Shown here one piece after another: positions 1 through 8,605 of a stretch of DNA of 39,826 nt (positions are counted from its first letter, which is position 1; each line of letters begins with the position of its first letter). Under the pieces are notes generated by a model. The model did not search any database. It saw only the letters and a list, made by a program, of their open reading frames with translations, and was not told where the DNA came from. Source of the DNA: a virus. The translations under genes and the position numbers were made by a program. Location: the UHGV virus genome UHGV-0392477. The stretch is one strand, 5' to 3'.

Positions 1-60
1 AAGTAAATTATATCATTCCTGGAGCGTCCTGGCAAGGGGCGTATTTTTTATACCCAAAAA

Positions 61-76
61 GTTGCGATGTCGCAAC
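61..76. promoter_or_regulatory. Palindrome copy A (GTTGCGATGTCGCAAC). One central mismatch. About 20 nt upstream of the integrase ATG, just 5' of its RBS
   Basis: Direct read. It is one of three near-identical 16-bp palindromes in the window; the others are at 2741-2756 and 16786-16801. Confidence 0.5.
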
Positions 77-96
77 AATACAAGGAGGAATGATAT

Positions 97-1302
97 ATGG
101 GACAGTTAAGAACAAGGAAACGCGGATCCACCTGGGAATGGTCCTTTGAAGGGGCCAAAATTAATGGCAAGCGCAACCCCATCAGCCAGGGAGGGTACCG
201 CACCAAGGCCGAGGCCATCACTGCCGGCACCCAAGCCAAGGCCGAATACGACTCTGCCGGCCGCAGGTTTACCCCTTCGGACATTAGCATGTCCGATTAT
301 CTTGACTACTGGTACGAAAACTACGTCAAGACCAACCTTGCGCACAACACCCAGGTGGGCTATGAGCGTTTAATCCGTGTCCACCTCAAACCGGCATTTG
401 GGAAATACCGGCTGGCATCATTGGAGACCGATGTTATCCAAAAATGGATTGATGGAATGAAGCGTCAAGGCTATTCCAGGAGCATGGTTAAAAATACCTT
501 ATCCTGCCTGTCTGGTGCCCTGGGATATGCGGTATATCCCTGTAAATACATCAAGTATAATCCCTGTGATTATGCCAGGATACCGAAGATAGTTATGTCT
601 GAGAAGGCCAAGGCACACACAGAATATATCTGCGTCAAAGAGGACTTTGCAGCCATCATTGAGCGCTTTGGCCCGGACAGCAATTTCTATATGCCCCTCA
701 TGACTGGATACCACTGTGGCACCCGCCTGGGGGAGACTTATGGCATTGACTTGCTACATGACGTAGATTTTGAGCACCACACCATAACCGTCCGGCACCA
801 GCTTGCCAACGAGGGCGGAAAGTGGTATTACCGGCCGCCAAAATATGATTCTGTCCGGACTATAAAAATCCTACCAGAGTACGAGAAAATACTGAAAGCA
901 GAAATCCATAACCGCAAAAAGAACATGCTCCGGTACGGCCAGTATTTTACAAAGACGCATCAAATGGACGATGGCTTAATCTTTCAGGCTCCCGCCAACG
1001 TCAAAATTGTCGGAAAGGAAATAATGCCAATAAGCGCCAAAGAAAACGGCGAGTTGTTGACGCCATACTCTTTCAAGTACTGTGCCAAGGTCATCCATGA
1101 GGAACTGGGAAATCCTCTGTTCCACAGCCATTGCCTACGTCATACTCACGGCACGTTGTTGGCGGAGAATGGCGCCCAGCCCAAGACCGTCATGGAGCGC
1201 CTGGGCCACAAGGACATCAAGACCACCATGGACCGCTATGTGTTTAACACGGAGAAAATGCAGAACGATGCCATTGTAATCCTGGCAGACGCTATATCAT
1301 AG
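97..1302 (+). CDS. int: Tyrosine site-specific integrase with an N-terminal arm-type DNA-binding domain
   Basis: C-terminal catalytic motif HSHCLRHTHGTLLAENGAQPKTVMERLGHKDIKTTMDRYVF, i.e. the R..H-x-x-R..Y pattern of tyrosine recombinases. N-terminus is AP2-like. RBS AAGGAGG lies 8 nt before the ATG. Confidence 0.9.
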   Translation: MGQLRTRKRGSTWEWSFEGAKINGKRNPISQGGYRTKAEAITAGTQAKAEYDSAGRRFTPSDISMSDYLDYWYENYVKTNLAHNTQVGYERLIRVHLKPAFGKYRLASLETDVIQKWIDGMKRQGYSRSMVKNTLSCLSGALGYAVYPCKYIKYNPCDYARIPKIVMSEKAKAHTEYICVKEDFAAIIERFGPDSNFYMPLMTGYHCGTRLGETYGIDLLHDVDFEHHTITVRHQLANEGGKWYYRPPKYDSVRTIKILPEYEKILKAEIHNRKKNMLRYGQYFTKTHQMDDGLIFQAPANVKIVGKEIMPISAKENGELLTPYSFKYCAKVIHEELGNPLFHSHCLRHTHGTLLAENGAQPKTVMERLGHKDIKTTMDRYVFNTEKMQNDAIVILADAIS

Positions 1303-1304
1303 CA

Positions 1305-1600
1305 GCCTTGCCTACCACCCAAAAAAAGCGTAGGCAAATGGTAGGCAAGGCAACCAATATGAGAACAAAGAAGCCTGTCAATCCTTGATTTTACGTGATA
1401 GTTCCACGATGGTCTCCACATTCATGGTTTGTTAACACATAAAAATATACTAACATATTTTTGCACATAGTACCATAAAACAACCTTTATTTAAATGGAA
1501 TAAAGAGAAATACTTTCACATATTGGCACACATAAACCTATACTATCATTTACCAAAACTTGTACAGGGTAGGCAAATTGTAGTCACTGCCTACCAAATA
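1305..1600. other. Putative attP region. Five GGTAGGCA(A) arm-type motifs in two clusters flank an AT-rich stretch
   Basis: A 13-bp perfect inverted repeat, gccttgcctacca (1305-1317) and tggtaggcaaggc (1339-1351), with gcgtaggcaaa in its loop. Further copies are ggtaggcaaat (1568-1578) and tgcctacc (1588-1595). The AT-rich region 1380-1560 lies between the clusters, immediately 3' of int. Confidence 0.45.
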
Positions 1601-1635
1601 GGCGGGCCCGGTCACATCCGGTACCCGCCTTCCTC

Positions 1636-1818
1636 TTACTTCTCTTTCTCCTTCCCTTCCTGTATCCGCTTCCAGATGTTCTCAAACTCATCCGGCTTTG
1701 GACCCGGGATGGGTAAGGGGACGGTCATGCGTTTAACTGCTTCAAACTCCTTCAACAGTTCCTCGTCAGAGTACTCTTCCGCCGGTTCTGGCGGTTCATC
1801 GTTTCGCTTTCCATCCAT
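1636..1818 (-). CDS. Small acidic hypothetical protein (60 aa). Last gene of the late operon
   Basis: ORF with a strong RBS AAAGGAGG 9 nt upstream, directly downstream of the endolysin. Confidence 0.5.
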   Translation of the reverse strand: MDGKRNDEPPEPAEEYSDEELLKEFEAVKRMTVPLPIPGPKPDEFENIWKRIQEGKEKEK

Positions 1819-1896
1819 ATTTATGCGCCTCCTTTCAAGACCATTGTATGCCTTTTACAAAGAGAGCTGCACTGGTAAATAATGTCATTTTATGGC

Positions 1897-2685
1897 CTAC
1901 CACGTAAACACGTACCGTCGATTTACCATGTCGTACTCCTCCGCAATCCGGAGAGCTCCTCTGGCATCCGTAATCATGCACTTCCCCTCGTCAGACCCCT
2001 TGACTGGACAGAGCAGGAAGGCCTCACCAGCAGGGTCCACCTGGTAGCCGGTCAGCATGTACCCTTCGCTGTCAAACAGATACCATCCCCATGTCCTTCG
2101 CTCCATCTCCTGGAGCCAGTACCAGCCGTTGGCCGCATAGCTGCCGTCTGTAAACTGATACCACCAGCGCTGGCCGTCTGCGGCCGACTGGAAGCCCTGG
2201 GTGTATGTCACTGGGACCGGGGTATAGTCGATGTCGCAGAGCTTTAGGACCTTCTGCCAGGGTGTGACCGCCACTCTGGACTTGATGGTCCCGTAATTGA
2301 TGCCCTTGGCCTCAATGCAGTATCCATCACCTATGTATACCCCGATATGCCCCGGCTTCCAGAGCGCCCAGCCGGTCATGGACTCATTCAGGTGGTCGAT
2401 ATCTACCCGCTCCACGGCTGTGTCATGGTAGTTATAGCTGCCGCGGATACGTCCGGTGTACCAGCTGATGAGGCCAGAACAGTCCGTGCAGCGCTGGCCT
2501 ATGTACCTGGCCGCCTTGGCCTTGTAGGCGGATGTGTATGTGCCTGGGTTCTCCCGGGCGAGCCTGTCCAGGATGGTCGGGGTAAGGACCTCGCCTTTGG
2601 CGCCGTAGACATAGGGAGTTCCCAGTTTACCCTTACAGTGCTGTATTAATCCTGCTGATGTTTTACTCATAGTGTTTTCCTCCAA
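1897..2685 (-). CDS. Endolysin: NlpC/P60 endopeptidase with C-terminal cell-wall-binding (choline-binding-type GW/YW) repeats
   Basis: DCSGLISW catalytic Cys motif and a downstream His in WKPGHIGVYIGDG. C-terminal repeats WWYQFTDGSYAANGWYWL and GWYLFDSEGYMLTGY. RBS GGAGGAAAACACT precedes the ATG. Confidence 0.85.
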   Translation of the reverse strand: MEENTMSKTSAGLIQHCKGKLGTPYVYGAKGEVLTPTILDRLARENPGTYTSAYKAKAARYIGQRCTDCSGLISWYTGRIRGSYNYHDTAVERVDIDHLNESMTGWALWKPGHIGVYIGDGYCIEAKGINYGTIKSRVAVTPWQKVLKLCDIDYTPVPVTYTQGFQSAADGQRWWYQFTDGSYAANGWYWLQEMERRTWGWYLFDSEGYMLTGYQVDPAGEAFLLCPVKGSDEGKCMITDARGALRIAEEYDMVNRRYVFTW

Positions 2686-2726
2686 TTAAAAAATAAGGCC
2701 CGGGACCACTCCCAGGCCATGAAAAG

Positions 2727-2756
2727 TTGTGACGTCACAAGTTGCGATATCGCAAC
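2727..2756. promoter_or_regulatory. Two adjacent perfect palindromes, TTGTGACGTCACAA (2727-2740) and GTTGCGATATCGCAAC (2741-2756), in the holin-endolysin intergenic gap
   Basis: Direct read. The 115-nt gap between holin and endolysin is unusually long for a lysis cassette. Confidence 0.55.
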
Positions 2757-2800
2757 ACCCGCTTAACCCCGTGACCGGGAGATATACGGACCACCTTCTC

Positions 2801-3259
2801 TCAGGCATCCATTTTTGTCTTATCCTCCACTTGACCCTTAATCATCTTGGCCAGCGGCATTAAAAACGGTGGCATGGCCACACCGATATCCAGCAGATTC
2901 TCCAGGATAGAAATAATCTCATTACATATTAGCCACACGGCCACGATGGTAGCAACCACGAAGGGCAGTTTAATAGACAGTCCTACATACTGGCTGGCGT
3001 AATTAATCAGCACGTCCATAGCCCATCCTAAACCCACCAATATCCACATACCTATCTTCTTGACGATGCCCCACAGTCCCTTGTCACTGGTCACCAGCTC
3101 ATTGCGCCGTTTTGATGCCAGGATGCCGGTTATGTAGTCTGTGAAATTCAATCCGGCCAGTATCAACACTGGAACTGCCAGAATTCCCAGCCACCCAAAA
3201 ATCATGCTAAATGCTGCAACAAACGCTGCTTTCACCTTATCCATCTTCATATACCTCAC
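2801..3259 (-). CDS. Phage holin. Multi-TM, phi-LC3/holin_4-like
   Basis: Hydrophobic helices FVAAFSMIFGWLGILAVPVLILAGL and IGMWILVGLGWAMDVLI. Sits next to the endolysin. The true start is probably the ATG at 3250 (MKMDKVK), which has RBS GGTGAGG. Confidence 0.8.
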   Translation of the reverse strand: MRYMKMDKVKAAFVAAFSMIFGWLGILAVPVLILAGLNFTDYITGILASKRRNELVTSDKGLWGIVKKIGMWILVGLGWAMDVLINYASQYVGLSIKLPFVVATIVAVWLICNEIISILENLLDIGVAMPPFLMPLAKMIKGQVEDKTKMDA

Positions 3260-3388
3260 CTACTCTGTAATTAGTTCTTCACATTCCAGGTCAACCAGTA
3301 CCTGGCGCACCTGGTCCTTAATTTTATCCGGGACTTGCCCGAATGTTTTCCTCCCCTTTACAATCAGGGTCGCATAAATGACTGCCAT
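3260..3388 (-). CDS. Tiny conserved phage protein (42 aa, MAVIYATLIVKGRKTFGQVPDKIKDQVRQVLVDLECEELITE). XkdX-like class of small genes typically found between tail fibre and holin
   Basis: Not in the ORF track because it is under 60 aa. RBS GAAAGGAGG 7 nt upstream. Resembles small proteins seen next to holins in clostridial prophages. Confidence 0.55.
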   Translation of the reverse strand: MAVIYATLIVKGRKTFGQVPDKIKDQVRQVLVDLECEELITE

Positions 3389-3429
3389 GGTGTCTGCCTC
3401 CTTTCTCAATAATAAAAAGAGCAGCAGTC

Positions 3430-3543
3430 TAAGCATTAAGTACCGCCTCGACTTCCGCCCTTAATTTCTCTGGGACCTGTTCAATCGTTTTCCTGCCCTT
3501 GCGGATAAGGTCCGCATACACAGTTGCCATATAGCTTGCCATA
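3430..3543 (-). CDS. Second tiny paralogue (37 aa, MASYMATVYADLIRKGRKTIEQVPEKLRAEVEAVLNA)
   Basis: Shares the KGRKT..QVP.K...V..VL pattern with 3260-3388. RBS GGAGGTG lies 8 nt upstream. Confidence 0.5.
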
Positions 3544-3545
3544 CC

Positions 3546-3890
3546 TTACACCTCCATTCCTTCATAAATTTCTGTCAGCGCCAGCTGGGCGTTGGTTATC
3601 TCTTCGGCCAGCGCCAGATTGGCCTCATACTGCTCAGTAAGCGCCAACTGTGCTTCTGTGAGCTGGTCACCCAGGACGTTCGTCTGCTTCTGTAGCTTCC
3701 CGATGTCTGACTCGGGCGGGTATACAAATATCGGCTGTGGGTTACTGGTGTCAGTCACGTCAATATAATCCAGCTGAGCTCCATCCGGGATATCCACCCA
3801 CATGCACTGCAACCCCTGTGGTAAAGCTTCCTCTCCATAAATAATTGACCATATACGGCCTGTACTGTCGTATATCACTAATGCTCTCAT
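3546..3890 (-). CDS. Hypothetical tail-associated protein with a coiled-coil C-terminus. AQLALTE is repeated
   Basis: ORF in the tail fibre region. Internal repeat TEAQLALTEQYEANLALAEEITNAQLALTEIYEG. Confidence 0.5.
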   Translation of the reverse strand: MRALVIYDSTGRIWSIIYGEEALPQGLQCMWVDIPDGAQLDYIDVTDTSNPQPIFVYPPESDIGKLQKQTNVLGDQLTEAQLALTEQYEANLALAEEITNAQLALTEIYEGMEV

Positions 3891-3904
3891 AATTTTATCC
3901 CTCC

Positions 3905-4612
3905 TTATAATGGCCTTGCTAAGATGATTCGGTGGATAGAAGCGTCATATGTAGGGAAATAGCCGCTTATACCGATAAATACTACGGGCTGCCTTGTGAT
4001 GCCAAATATGTCTAAAGCCACTTCTCTGACATTGGAACCTACCGAATAACTATTGCTAGTTGAAGCTTCCCATCTACCGTAATCAGCTCCCTGTTCAACT
4101 ACTCCGACAGTTAACGATACGTCAGACGAATATCTAACATATAATCTTCCATAACTACTGAATGATACAGGTGAACTGAATACTACACCTTTCCTAGCAT
4201 TCTGACTAGCGTTTGCTTTGAAAGATATAGTGTTTCCAACATTCACGTAATCTGTATATAAACCATTGTAATTGATTCCGGAAGTATTCCCATCTAAAAA
4301 TATGTTATAGTACAGATCCAACCACCCCTCGAATGTGCCTGCACGTCCAAAGATGGTCACTCCTCTTTTTATATTCCAGGGCTGTAAATTTCCATCACCC
4401 ACGATTGTCTGGTTTCCGGTCAGATACTGGTTGGCGGCTATTACCTGGTCATAGTTCTGCCCGTAGTAGGTTGCAGCTCCTTTTTCAGCCATAGTTCCTG
4501 TCAACGGATTTCCGTCTCTATCAACAATCACTTTTCCCTTGCGTACATCCGACGCGGCCGCTGTTATTACATCCAGGTCAGCTCCTCCACTGCCATGTAT
4601 AATTGCTTTCAA
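3905..4612 (-). CDS. Putative tail fibre or receptor-binding protein
   Basis: Assigned by position downstream of the tail tip genes. Gly/Asn/Tyr-rich beta-type composition. Confidence 0.5.
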   Translation of the reverse strand: MKAIIHGSGGADLDVITAAASDVRKGKVIVDRDGNPLTGTMAEKGAATYYGQNYDQVIAANQYLTGNQTIVGDGNLQPWNIKRGVTIFGRAGTFEGWLDLYYNIFLDGNTSGINYNGLYTDYVNVGNTISFKANASQNARKGVVFSSPVSFSSYGRLYVRYSSDVSLTVGVVEQGADYGRWEASTSNSYSVGSNVREVALDIFGITRQPVVFIGISGYFPTYDASIHRIILARPL

Positions 4613-4615
4613 TCC

Positions 4616-5092
4616 CTATTCCTCCTCTGAGCAACCCCTTAACCATACAGCAAATTCCGTGGCCGGTTTCTTGCTGTAGGAGGTTACCGTCAATATGCCA
4701 TCTGTATTACACTCTGCATCATCAATCATGTTCAGGTATTTTCTTCGTATTTTTATTTTTTCTGCCTTCTGCGCCGCCGTAAGTTCGCTGTCGCTCTTTA
4801 TCAGTCCCGCATACAGCTCAATCGCATCTGTTGTCTTAAGATGTTGCACTTTTATGTCTGCTGTGTATGGCGCAGCGGATTGTGCGAATGCAGGGATGGT
4901 AATTTGTTTGTCATTCCTCAGGGCATTCACTGCCCTATTCGTAGCGTTAATGTCATTCTGTCCAAAACTGTCGCCCTTTTGTGTATAGGTAGTGGCATCT
5001 GATATACCATAGGTGCCATCCTCGTTCTGGGTCAACCTCCATCGTCTGGAACCCTCATACATATCATCCCTATAATCTGTTTTTAAACTCAT
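4616..5092 (-). CDS. Hypothetical tail/baseplate-associated protein
   Basis: ORF tightly packed in the tail module. Confidence 0.5.
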   Translation of the reverse strand: MSLKTDYRDDMYEGSRRWRLTQNEDGTYGISDATTYTQKGDSFGQNDINATNRAVNALRNDKQITIPAFAQSAAPYTADIKVQHLKTTDAIELYAGLIKSDSELTAAQKAEKIKIRRKYLNMIDDAECNTDGILTVTSYSKKPATEFAVWLRGCSEEE

Positions 5093-5493
5093 TACTCAAA
5101 TACACCTCCATTAAGCGTGAAAGCCAGGCGTCTGATTCCTTCGGCCCTTCCTAATATGTTCCTGTATATCTTCAGGCAGGCGGATTCAATACGGTTCAGC
5201 TCTTGCCAGTCAATGAATGGGCCGTTGTCATGATAAAACTGCCTCTCTCCTACATTGAAGGGGAATGTCCCTACGCAGACGTGGTCTATATTGGCCTCAA
5301 AGCGGTTAATTTCATCGGCATAAAACCCATAATCCTGATAGGTCTTATCCTCTCCCATCTCCTCAAACTTAAAGTCCGGCCACAGAGTAAGCGCCTGGGT
5401 CCGTATCTCATTGATGTTGCCCTTGATGCGGTTGTAGTCATCAATATTAAAATAATCACTGGCCTGCCAGTCTGTTTTTGGCTGTTGCCACAT
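5092..5493 (-). CDS. Hypothetical tail-associated protein
   Basis: ORF coupled to its neighbours in the tail module. Confidence 0.5.
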   Translation of the reverse strand: MWQQPKTDWQASDYFNIDDYNRIKGNINEIRTQALTLWPDFKFEEMGEDKTYQDYGFYADEINRFEANIDHVCVGTFPFNVGERQFYHDNGPFIDWQELNRIESACLKIYRNILGRAEGIRRLAFTLNGGVFE

Positions 5494-8218
5494 AACTCAT
5501 GTCCCTCCTTGCCTTGATGGTACCGCTAAGCCCGCCATTAAATTTCAGGGTATGGTCCGTTACCCGTATCAGCAGGTCAGGCACATACTTATTTTCCAGG
5601 AATGCTATGTCGTTGGCATCAATCCGTGGCTCTCCCCGGTATGACAGGTCATATTCCCGGTCTGATTTCATGTAGTCCCCAATCCAATCCGCCAGGTTCG
5701 CGGCATGGACCGTGTCGGACACAAGCGGATTATTCCACGCCTCCAGGCTGCCGGTAGGATTTAGCTGTCTGCTTACCTTGGACTGGGTAGTAACATATTC
5801 CCTGCCTGTCACGACCACCTCTGTCGGCCCTGTGATTCCTGTAAGCTCCACCGTTGCGTAATAGGCACTACTATCTACAATCTCACACCCATATTTCGGG
5901 ATACTTGCAATACCAGTGAAATAGCCGATGAACTTATCACACCACTCTATATCCGGTTCATTCCCGATTCCCCAAGCTGCTGTCAAATCTACCAAAAGAA
6001 GTGAATCTATATAAAGCCTTTTGTTTCCATAGGTATAAATCCTTAGGTCCCACTCTCCTGTTGCCTCAACCGTGTCAATGGCTGATTTGGTATGCCACAC
6101 TCCATCTGGCGCAATAGCCTCTGGACGTAGATTAATATTAAATGATTCTCTATTGGCAATCGCCCTGACCAAATCGCATTCATCATTTCCCGAATACTCA
6201 CCGGGTGATTCCTCCCGCATGAAATTCCCCCGCAAGTAATATTTATGTCCGGATATCATCTGCACAGTTTGTACTATGTGGACTGCGTTTCCATCTTCCG
6301 AGACAACGTATGTGCATTTTCTGGCTGCGTCATACTGTGCGTTGAGCCATCCGGTCACGCCGGTATCAAAAGACCCGTTCTGAACCATATTGGTTGCCTC
6401 CACATAAACCGGGACGTATGTCTTTAAATCATAGGATGGATTAGAAAAATAAAACGTATATCGGTTGTCTAAAGCGGTTACACTTATGGTCTCCCTCGCC
6501 AGCTCCTTTGCATCCTCTGTACTGAGATTGTATATGGTACGTACGACCTGCAGTTCCCTAACCTTGGCCAGCTGCGTGCCCTTTGGTGTCTTGGTCAGCT
6601 CCACACCATATTCCAAGACGTAATCTGTGCTATCCCCAAAGGTTATGTTGTCCAGGGTAACCCGGTTGTTTGGACAGCCCTTGGTAAATTCCAGCACCAG
6701 GTAATCGAACTCCGGGAACTCATGGCTGACCACATAGGTCCGCGTGAGCCCCGAAACCGTGTAGTCCTCCTGCAGCTCACCGTCGTAGTAGGAATGGAAC
6801 ACGACCGTATCCGGCCAGTTCCGACCAAATTCTAGGGTAAGACCGAAGCATTTGTACGCTGCCTCCATGGTAATTCCGACTGTGGGGTTGTCTGCAAACA
6901 ACCCATTATCTCCAGCGACGGCCTCAGATACATAGCCCGTATTGAGATATGTGATTCCATCGGTCTGCCTTGGAAGGAAATATTGTGTACCGGATACACC
7001 TGTATAATCCTGGCCAGACAGGGCATAAGTTTCCTTTTCCGCATGTTCCAGAATGGCTGCCGCATGGGAAAAGTATGTCTCGTTGTCAGATGCCGCTGAC
7101 ATATCCGGCACAAAACTGGATTTAAGGATTATTCTACCAGCCCGGTTCTGATACAGGATACACCTGCCAGCATTAGCAATCAGCTGCAGAGCTTCCTTAT
7201 GCGTTACTACCGGCATCGGATTAACCACCAGAACGTCCTTAAGATATGGATCTATCCAGTAGTCTCGGTAATCCACCTGGGCATCCGCCAGGACGTCCAC
7301 TGCTATGTCATACAGGCTCATACCATTCGGATGGTACTGGCCGCGGTAATATGTACTGTCCATCCCATCAAAACAATCCGATGCCTGGAAATCCATCTCT
7401 GTATCATCAGCTGACCATGATTTCAGTGCGAGTGACGTTCCCGGAATCCACTCAATCGTCCCATCATCCATGGCTTGACCATAAAGGACCTCAACTTGTT
7501 GGCCAATCTCCAAAAAGTTTACCGTGCTCTCCTCATTCTCCACGTCATAGGCCCTGTCCTTGTTATCCACAGTCACATCAAAATCAATAGTAGGCAGCTC
7601 CTCCGATATCGGACTGATATGCTCTTTCTTAGTTGCAGACAATATTTTATTGCTGTCAAAATAGACACCAATACCCATGGTAATCTGATTGATGCGGAAC
7701 CGGCTCCGTCCATTGACCATGGCTGCTGGCACAAACCTCAGATAAGTGGCTCCCTCAAAAATCTCCTCCGTCACATAATGGCCATCCGCATTATTCGTTA
7801 CATTCAAGGTCCGGTTGTCTGAAATGATGGTAAATTCTACGGGATATGCCTTGCCAAATTCCACCGTCAGCCCCTTAATATCATATTGAACGGGAAACCG
7901 GATTTCAATTGCCCCCTGAAGGCCATCCGTCACGATTCCCTGGTTGAGCACCACGTCTGCTGCATCCCTGGGAAGGAAGTACATGCTGCCATCCACCGTG
8001 GTATAGTCCTGGTCACAGGTTGCATATAGCTCCTGTACCTTGTAGTTATCCATGGGCTTCACTAGGTCGGAATAATAAGTATACACATCCGGCTCAGGTA
8101 TGTAGGCGGATGCCTGGGCCTGCTGGTTAATCAGGCCGATGGTGACACGCAGGTGGGACAGCGGGTTCTTCCACTTCCTGCGCATCATGTCCTTATATTC
8201 ATTACTGGCTGCCTGCAT
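5456..8218 (-). CDS. Large tail tip/minor structural protein (Tal-like, about 920 aa) with a carbohydrate-binding-module-like segment
   Basis: Sits two genes downstream of the tape measure. NGSFDTGVTGWLNAQ resembles a CBM_4_9-type motif. The likely start is the ATG at 8218, which overlaps the upstream TAA as TAATG and has RBS GGGGTGA. The longer track ORF (start 8299) runs into the upstream gene. Confidence 0.7.
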   Translation of the reverse strand: MQAASNEYKDMMRRKWKNPLSHLRVTIGLINQQAQASAYIPEPDVYTYYSDLVKPMDNYKVQELYATCDQDYTTVDGSMYFLPRDAADVVLNQGIVTDGLQGAIEIRFPVQYDIKGLTVEFGKAYPVEFTIISDNRTLNVTNNADGHYVTEEIFEGATYLRFVPAAMVNGRSRFRINQITMGIGVYFDSNKILSATKKEHISPISEELPTIDFDVTVDNKDRAYDVENEESTVNFLEIGQQVEVLYGQAMDDGTIEWIPGTSLALKSWSADDTEMDFQASDCFDGMDSTYYRGQYHPNGMSLYDIAVDVLADAQVDYRDYWIDPYLKDVLVVNPMPVVTHKEALQLIANAGRCILYQNRAGRIILKSSFVPDMSAASDNETYFSHAAAILEHAEKETYALSGQDYTGVSGTQYFLPRQTDGITYLNTGYVSEAVAGDNGLFADNPTVGITMEAAYKCFGLTLEFGRNWPDTVVFHSYYDGELQEDYTVSGLTRTYVVSHEFPEFDYLVLEFTKGCPNNRVTLDNITFGDSTDYVLEYGVELTKTPKGTQLAKVRELQVVRTIYNLSTEDAKELARETISVTALDNRYTFYFSNPSYDLKTYVPVYVEATNMVQNGSFDTGVTGWLNAQYDAARKCTYVVSEDGNAVHIVQTVQMISGHKYYLRGNFMREESPGEYSGNDECDLVRAIANRESFNINLRPEAIAPDGVWHTKSAIDTVEATGEWDLRIYTYGNKRLYIDSLLLVDLTAAWGIGNEPDIEWCDKFIGYFTGIASIPKYGCEIVDSSAYYATVELTGITGPTEVVVTGREYVTTQSKVSRQLNPTGSLEAWNNPLVSDTVHAANLADWIGDYMKSDREYDLSYRGEPRIDANDIAFLENKYVPDLLIRVTDHTLKFNGGLSGTIKARRDMSYVATAKNRLAGQ

Positions 8219-8592
8219 TATTCCATCACCCCGCAGTCTATCAGGTTCACCTTGCAGTCCTTGTACATGGTAGGCAGGCCATCCGGACCGGTCTCCCATA
8301 TTTTTGCCGTCCGATTCCCCGGATACATCCGCTCCGTCTTCCAGCAGTTGTTTTTCATGTCGGGAAACTTGACCGTCACCACAAACTCCTCAAACTCTTT
8401 AAGGATGCTGCTCCAGGTCGCCGCATCCAGATAGGACCACTGCAGGCCGTCAATCTTATCCTGGTCACGGCCCACGCGCTGCCCGACGAATTCCCCCAGG
8501 GCATTCTTGCCCTGGTTCACGTTCGTAGCAATGGTAAGGCCCGGTCCCCGGTCATAGTTTGGGTATTCATGTCCATTAATATAAATAGGCAC
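8218..8592 (-). CDS. Small tail component (distal-tail-protein position)
   Basis: Lies between the tape measure and the large tail protein. The probable start is the GTG at 8592 (VPIYINGHEY), which has RBS GGAGGTGG just after the tape-measure stop. Confidence 0.5.
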   Translation of the reverse strand: MPIYINGHEYPNYDRGPGLTIATNVNQGKNALGEFVGQRVGRDQDKIDGLQWSYLDAATWSSILKEFEEFVVTVKFPDMKNNCWKTERMYPGNRTAKIWETGPDGLPTMYKDCKVNLIDCGVME

Positions 8593-8605
8593 TCCGGCCA
8601 CCTCC

